Shown: piece by piece, positions 54,883-58,723 of the stretch
Position numbering within the stretch: the stretch's first letter is position 1
Layout of the letters: each line of letters opens with the position of its first letter
From: a virus
Taxonomy: Duplodnaviria > Caudoviricetes
Reading direction: 5' to 3' (one strand)
Virus record (IMG/VR): IMGVR_UViG_3300045955_000216
Coordinates: 1-58,723 of that record
DNA: 58,723 nucleotides
Notes under the pieces: model-generated
What the model was told of the DNA's origin: nothing
Databases searched by the model: none
What the model saw: only the letters and a program-made list of their open reading frames with translations
Program-made: the position numbers and the translations under genes

Positions 54883-55428
54883 TCACCGGCCCAGCCAGCC
54901 CACGCCAGGCACGATGAGATGCGCGGCCCGCTCCGGGAGCTGCCACGTCGGGATCCAGCCGATCGAGGTCGGCGTCGGCCAGACGAGCGCCTGGTCCCCG
55001 GACGCGAACCCGATCCGCGTCACGCCGGCGCCTTCCTCGGTCTGCCCGCCCCTCGTGATCGACTCGATCCGCTGGCCGCCGAGCTTCTCGTTCATCTCCT
55101 GCATCACCGCCGAGCCGTCGCCCCGGTTGTACCGGCGGCGATGGACGCCCGCCCCCGGCGTCACGATGAGGCGGCGCCGGTCGCCGAAGACCAGGCCCCA
55201 CCGGAGCGTCCAGCGCGGGCCCCCGCTGACGGCCCGCACATGCTCGGGCACCTCGACAGCGCAGACGCCGACGACGTCCCGCGTGTCGGCGAGCTCGAGC
55301 TCGGTGCCGAAGCGCGTGCCGTCGACCAGGACGTCCGTCTCGACCCGCCGGATCGTCTGCCCCCGGAGGTAGTCCTCCAGCGTGAAGCGGCCCCCGGCGC
55401 GGCGGTCCTCGGTCGTGGGGGCGCTCAT
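54883..55428 (-). CDS. Hypothetical protein
   Basis: ATGA coupling; internal LRGQTIRRV/LGGQRIESI duplication. Confidence 0.65.
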   Translation of the reverse strand: MSAPTTEDRRAGGRFTLEDYLRGQTIRRVETDVLVDGTRFGTELELADTRDVVGVCAVEVPEHVRAVSGGPRWTLRWGLVFGDRRRLIVTPGAGVHRRRYNRGDGSAVMQEMNEKLGGQRIESITRGGQTEEGAGVTRIGFASGDQALVWPTPTSIGWIPTWQLPERAAHLIVPGVGWLGR

Positions 55429-55742
55429 GCGTCCCGCCACTGTTCGACGAAGACGTCGTCCGAGAAGCACTCGATCGGGTCGTCATCCCGTAGATGTGTG
55501 AGTAGGCGCGTGGTGCCGGGGCCGATGGTATAGATCGCGTCCGGCGAGAAATAGATCAGGTCTTGCCCCAGGGTGACCACCGAGCGCGGGGCCGCGGCGC
55601 CCACGAACCGGACCCCCTCGAAGGTGCCGAGCTCGCCGCGGAGGAGCGGGGCGACTGGCGCCGCCGCCTCGAGGACGGCCGGCAGCGCCTTCGCCCCGAC
55701 GAGGGCCCCGAGCGCGGCGCGGAAGAACCCGCGGCGGTTCAC
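55425..55742 (-). CDS. Twin-arginine-motif small protein
   Basis: NRRGFF + hydrophobic stretch. Confidence 0.65.
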   Translation of the reverse strand: MNRRGFFRAALGALVGAKALPAVLEAAAPVAPLLRGELGTFEGVRFVGAAAPRSVVTLGQDLIYFSPDAIYTIGPGTTRLLTHLRDDDPIECFSDDVFVEQWRDA

Positions 55743-56023
55743 GACGCCGCCATCCGCCCGCGGCCGGCGGTGTGCGACGGGCCCTCCCAGGTGTCCTCGG
55801 GGGTCTCGCGCGCATGGCAGGCGTCACACAGGCGCCGGCCCTTCGACCGGCTGAGGAAGGGCAGGGTGCAATTCAGGCACGGGAGGCGCTTCGCCGCGAA
55901 GTCGGGCGTCCAGGCGTTGAGCTCCTTCCAGAGCTGCGCGCAGACGTCGCACGTCGGCGCGGCCGGCCGCCGGACGCGGCCGCATCTGCACCAGGCCCAG
56001 CCGGGCGGGGGGCGCTTGGTCAT
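55739..56023 (-). CDS. Zn-finger protein
   Basis: CxC, CxxC, CLNC..F.S...RLCDAC. Confidence 0.65.
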   Translation of the reverse strand: MTKRPPPGWAWCRCGRVRRPAAPTCDVCAQLWKELNAWTPDFAAKRLPCLNCTLPFLSRSKGRRLCDACHARETPEDTWEGPSHTAGRGRMAAS

Positions 56024-56301
56024 CCCTCGCCCTCGGCGGCCAGGCGCGCCTCGACCTCGGCCGGTGTGGGGAGCGCCGTCGCCCGGGCGAAGACCGTGCC
56101 GAATTCGAGGGCCTCGCCGCCCTGGAACGCGGCCGCCGGGACCGCGAGCGCCGTGTAGTCCCCGTGGCACCAGACGCGGAAGACGGCCCCCTCCCGGCCG
56201 TGAATGACCTCGACGTCGCGGACGGGCCCGTTGCACGTCCCACAGTGCGGCCGCCCGTACTCGCCGAAGATCGTGGGGTCGCTCATGGTCTGTTCCGCCA
56301 C
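56020..56301 (-). CDS. Hypothetical protein
   Basis: CGTCN.PV...CHG. Confidence 0.65.
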   Translation of the reverse strand: MAEQTMSDPTIFGEYGRPHCGTCNGPVRDVEVIHGREGAVFRVWCHGDYTALAVPAAAFQGGEALEFGTVFARATALPTPAEVEARLAAEGEG

Positions 56302-56375
56302 TGTTCACGGTAGGTGTCTGCCGAGAAGAACCACCTCCCCACGACGGGACTCATCGCGTCCCATCCTGGCACACG

Positions 56376-56726
56376 TCAGACGGCCTCGAGCGGATAGCCC
56401 GCGCGCCGCGCGCAGTCGCGACAGAGCGGCCGATCGTCCTCCGGGCGTGCCGCCGGGTAGACGTCGACGTGCGTGTCCCGGTAGGTGAGCGCCTCGTCCT
56501 CGGGCTCGTGCGTATGCGGCCGCTCCCACTCCCGGGCCGGCCGGCCGAGCTCGTCGCGCCAGCCGAGGTTCCGATCGAACCAGCACCCATCGGCGGCCGA
56601 GAGGCTCGGCGTATGCCCGGGCCGGCCGCACGCGCCGCACGTCCCGCCGGTCCGCCGGAGCGCGGCCTGGGCGCGGACGCCGTCCTCGAGGTCACGGCGC
56701 GGGCGAACCGGGGGGCGCTGGGGCAT
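56376..56726 (-). CDS. Zn-finger hypothetical protein
   Basis: CGAC...LCRDC; start uncertain. Confidence 0.5.
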   Translation of the reverse strand: MPQRPPVRPRRDLEDGVRAQAALRRTGGTCGACGRPGHTPSLSAADGCWFDRNLGWRDELGRPAREWERPHTHEPEDEALTYRDTHVDVYPAARPEDDRPLCRDCARRAGYPLEAV

Positions 56727-57006
56727 CGGCGGGCTCGATGGAGATACGCCGGAGGAGGTCCTGGACGGCGATATTGTCCACTTGGGCGGCCAGCACGCGC
56801 ATCGCGTCCCGCCAGCCGTGTCGGGCCGAGTACCGAAGAGCCGCCACTTCCCCCTCCAGGCGTGCGTTCTCACGCTGGAGCTTCACGGCCGTTTCCTCGC
56901 ATCGCGCGACGGTGTCCACCAGCGCGCGTCGACACGTCGCGACTGCGTGGCGCTGCATGATGAACCTTCCGCACCACCGGCACCACCCGTAGGCACCCCT
57001 AGACAC
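56692..57006 (-). CDS. Hypothetical protein
   Basis: CRWC..H..C plus coiled coil. Confidence 0.5.
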   Translation of the reverse strand: MSRGAYGWCRWCGRFIMQRHAVATCRRALVDTVARCEETAVKLQRENARLEGEVAALRYSARHGWRDAMRVLAAQVDNIAVQDLLRRISIEPADAPAPPGSPAP

Positions 57007-57231
57007 TCTCCACCTCGTCGGGGATGCAGCCGGGCCCGCTCTCGCGAGCCAGCCCCGTCAGGATGTACACCTGGGCGTCGTTCGGGATGTGCTCCCGGAT
57101 GAGGGTCGCGATCATGCGGGCGATGTTCCACGCGGCCTGCGGGAGCGCCTGGGGCGCCTGGCCCTGCGGCAGCCGGCCGCGGTCCTCGGGGCCGACGTCG
57201 TGGACCAGGCGGAGCTCGAGGCGGAGGGCTT

Positions 57232-57459
57232 TCAGTGCGTGATCTCCCCACCGGGCCCGAGGCCCGCCACGAAGGCCCCCGGCTGGGGCAGCCGACCCCC
57301 GGCCTTGAGGTGCTGCTCGGCCGCGGTGACGAGGAGCTGCTGTCGGCGCTCGTTCGCCAGGACGGCGTCGCCCTGGGCGACCGCGAGCCGGGCCAGGGCG
57401 AAGAAGTAGACGCTCACGGGGACCGTGAGGGCCAGGGCCGCGATCTCGTATCCGGTCAT
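57232..57459 (-). CDS. Small membrane protein
   Basis: AAGGAGG RBS; N-terminal TM helix. Confidence 0.65.
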   Translation of the reverse strand: MTGYEIAALALTVPVSVYFFALARLAVAQGDAVLANERRQQLLVTAAEQHLKAGGRLPQPGAFVAGLGPGGEITH

Positions 57460-58331
57460 GCGGACCCTCCTTCGGGTGGCGCCCCCCAGGGCACGCCGTA
57501 GAGGTCGGCCAGGCGCTCGCCCTCGGAGCGGAGGTGCGGGAACCCTGGCGGGAGCGGGACCATCGTCCCGACGATCCCCTCGCGCGCCGGAGCCCAGAGG
57601 CGGACCGGATAGGCGTACTGCGCCCGGTAGCCGCGCTGATGCTCGATGACGTGGCCCCAGAGCGCGACCTGGCCGACGATCGTCCCGGCCCCCGCCACTC
57701 GCTCGAGGTCCTCACGGCGCCGGATGGCGTAGACCCCGCAGCTACAGGGCCGCCACGGGGCCGGGATCCCCTCGTGGCTGGAGCGGAAGTGGACGTCGAG
57801 CTTGAAGCCGCGGGGATCCGGGGTCACCACTTGCTTGGCGACACACACGGCCGCGAGCGGCTGGCCCGGCCCCCACCGCTGCTTCCCCGCGCCGGTACTC
57901 CAGAGCGCGCCGTCCTTCACGAGCCAGGCGCGGTATCCGAGGGTCGGCCCCGCCACGAGCGCCCGCTCCGGCTGGCCGTCCTCGAGGAAGATCCGGCGCC
58001 CCTCGGGATCCCGGGCCCCGGAGTCGCGGAAGGTCCGGGTCTCTAGGTCGAAGTCGCGCGGGGTGTCCACCTCGAGCGGGTTCGCGAGCACAACCGGGGC
58101 CACCGCCACCCGGATCCAGTCGCCGCCGTCCGAGCGGTCCGCCGTGATCGTCCGCTGCCCGTCCCGCCCGACCAGGAGGACATCGCGCCGCTTCGGCGCC
58201 GCCGCGGGGTGGAGGTATTTTCCCCCGGGGAACTGTGTCGGCGCGAACTGCCGCTGGTGAGCCTCGAGCCACTCGGTCCTCTTACGGTAGGCCTCCCACT
58301 CCCGCTGCCACTCCGCCAGCGTCGGCGCCAT
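57456..58331 (-). CDS. Hypothetical phage protein
   Basis: GYRAW...CSCGVYA...G.V.LWG.VIEH.RGYRAQ motif set. Confidence 0.7.
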   Translation of the reverse strand: MAPTLAEWQREWEAYRKRTEWLEAHQRQFAPTQFPGGKYLHPAAAPKRRDVLLVGRDGQRTITADRSDGGDWIRVAVAPVVLANPLEVDTPRDFDLETRTFRDSGARDPEGRRIFLEDGQPERALVAGPTLGYRAWLVKDGALWSTGAGKQRWGPGQPLAAVCVAKQVVTPDPRGFKLDVHFRSSHEGIPAPWRPCSCGVYAIRRREDLERVAGAGTIVGQVALWGHVIEHQRGYRAQYAYPVRLWAPAREGIVGTMVPLPPGFPHLRSEGERLADLYGVPWGAPPEGGSA

Positions 58332-58453
58332 CTACGCCGGGACCTCCGCCGGCGTGGGCTGGGGCGCCGGCGTCTCCTGGGGCCGCTCGGCCGGGGCGGT
58401 CTGCGGCCAGGCCACCGGCTCGACCTCGAGCTCGCGGACGACCTCGCCGAGGT

Positions 58454-58714
58454 TCATCCGAGCACCTCCACCAGCTCCGCCCGGAGGCGCTGGAGCTTAG
58501 CGATCTTCGCGTCGAGGGCCGCCACCGCCGCATCCGTCCCGAGGATCCCGGGGCCCGTCGGCTTCGGCCGGCGCCCGGGCTTCGCGCGCGCCGGGGCCGG
58601 CGGCTCGGCCGCGTGGACCTTCCGGATATGCCGGGCGCGGGCCGGCCCGTGCGTGATCCGCGCGCATTCCCCGCACCCTGGCCGAGGCGACCACTTCCCC
58701 GCTGCTCGTGTCAT
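58454..58714 (-). CDS. 3' part of junction-spanning hypothetical protein
   Basis: CxxC..H..H and LDAKIAKL coil. Confidence 0.55.
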   Translation of the reverse strand: MTRAAGKWSPRPGCGECARITHGPARARHIRKVHAAEPPAPARAKPGRRPKPTGPGILGTDAAVAALDAKIAKLQRLRAELVEVLG

Positions 58715-58723
58715 CCGCGGATC
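58597..58723. repeat. Terminal direct repeat, copy 2
   Basis: Identical to 1-127. Confidence 0.95.

Noticed and set aside
1-58723. Very frequent CTCGAG and GATC words
   Set aside because: Plausibly explained by CTC-GAG and ATC codon preference; not quantified

Overview
The window is an apparently complete, circular, GC-rich temperate phage genome of about 58.6 kb. The first and last 127 bp are identical, and one ORF reads across the junction. The structural genes point to podovirus morphology: P22-like portal, N4-gp56-like capsid, adaptor and nozzle, ejection proteins and no tape-measure gene. Lipoproteins in the lysis cassette suggest a diderm host. Layout: (i) a + strand early cluster behind two near-identical sigma70 promoters (TGT-like, DUF6927-like, DUF3560, Rmf-like, HTH); (ii) - strand replication/recombination genes with a dual-frame C5 methyltransferase; (iii) a cro/repressor switch, a stand-alone PAS protein, a lipoprotein, a tyrosine integrase and an attP made of the 3' part of tRNA-Phe with an adjacent parS-like palindrome; (iv) a long - strand late operon. 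The best candidate for a new system is the 2616-aa ejection/polyvalent protein. It carries a RelA/SpoT-type synthetase domain, and right next to that domain sits a nested antisense gene with its own leaderless promoter, a candidate built-in antitoxin. Other leads are tail-fibre-like proteins with Sec signal peptides and a repeated terminator/antiterminator element ahead of late genes. All family assignments come from motif recognition by eye; no searches were run.
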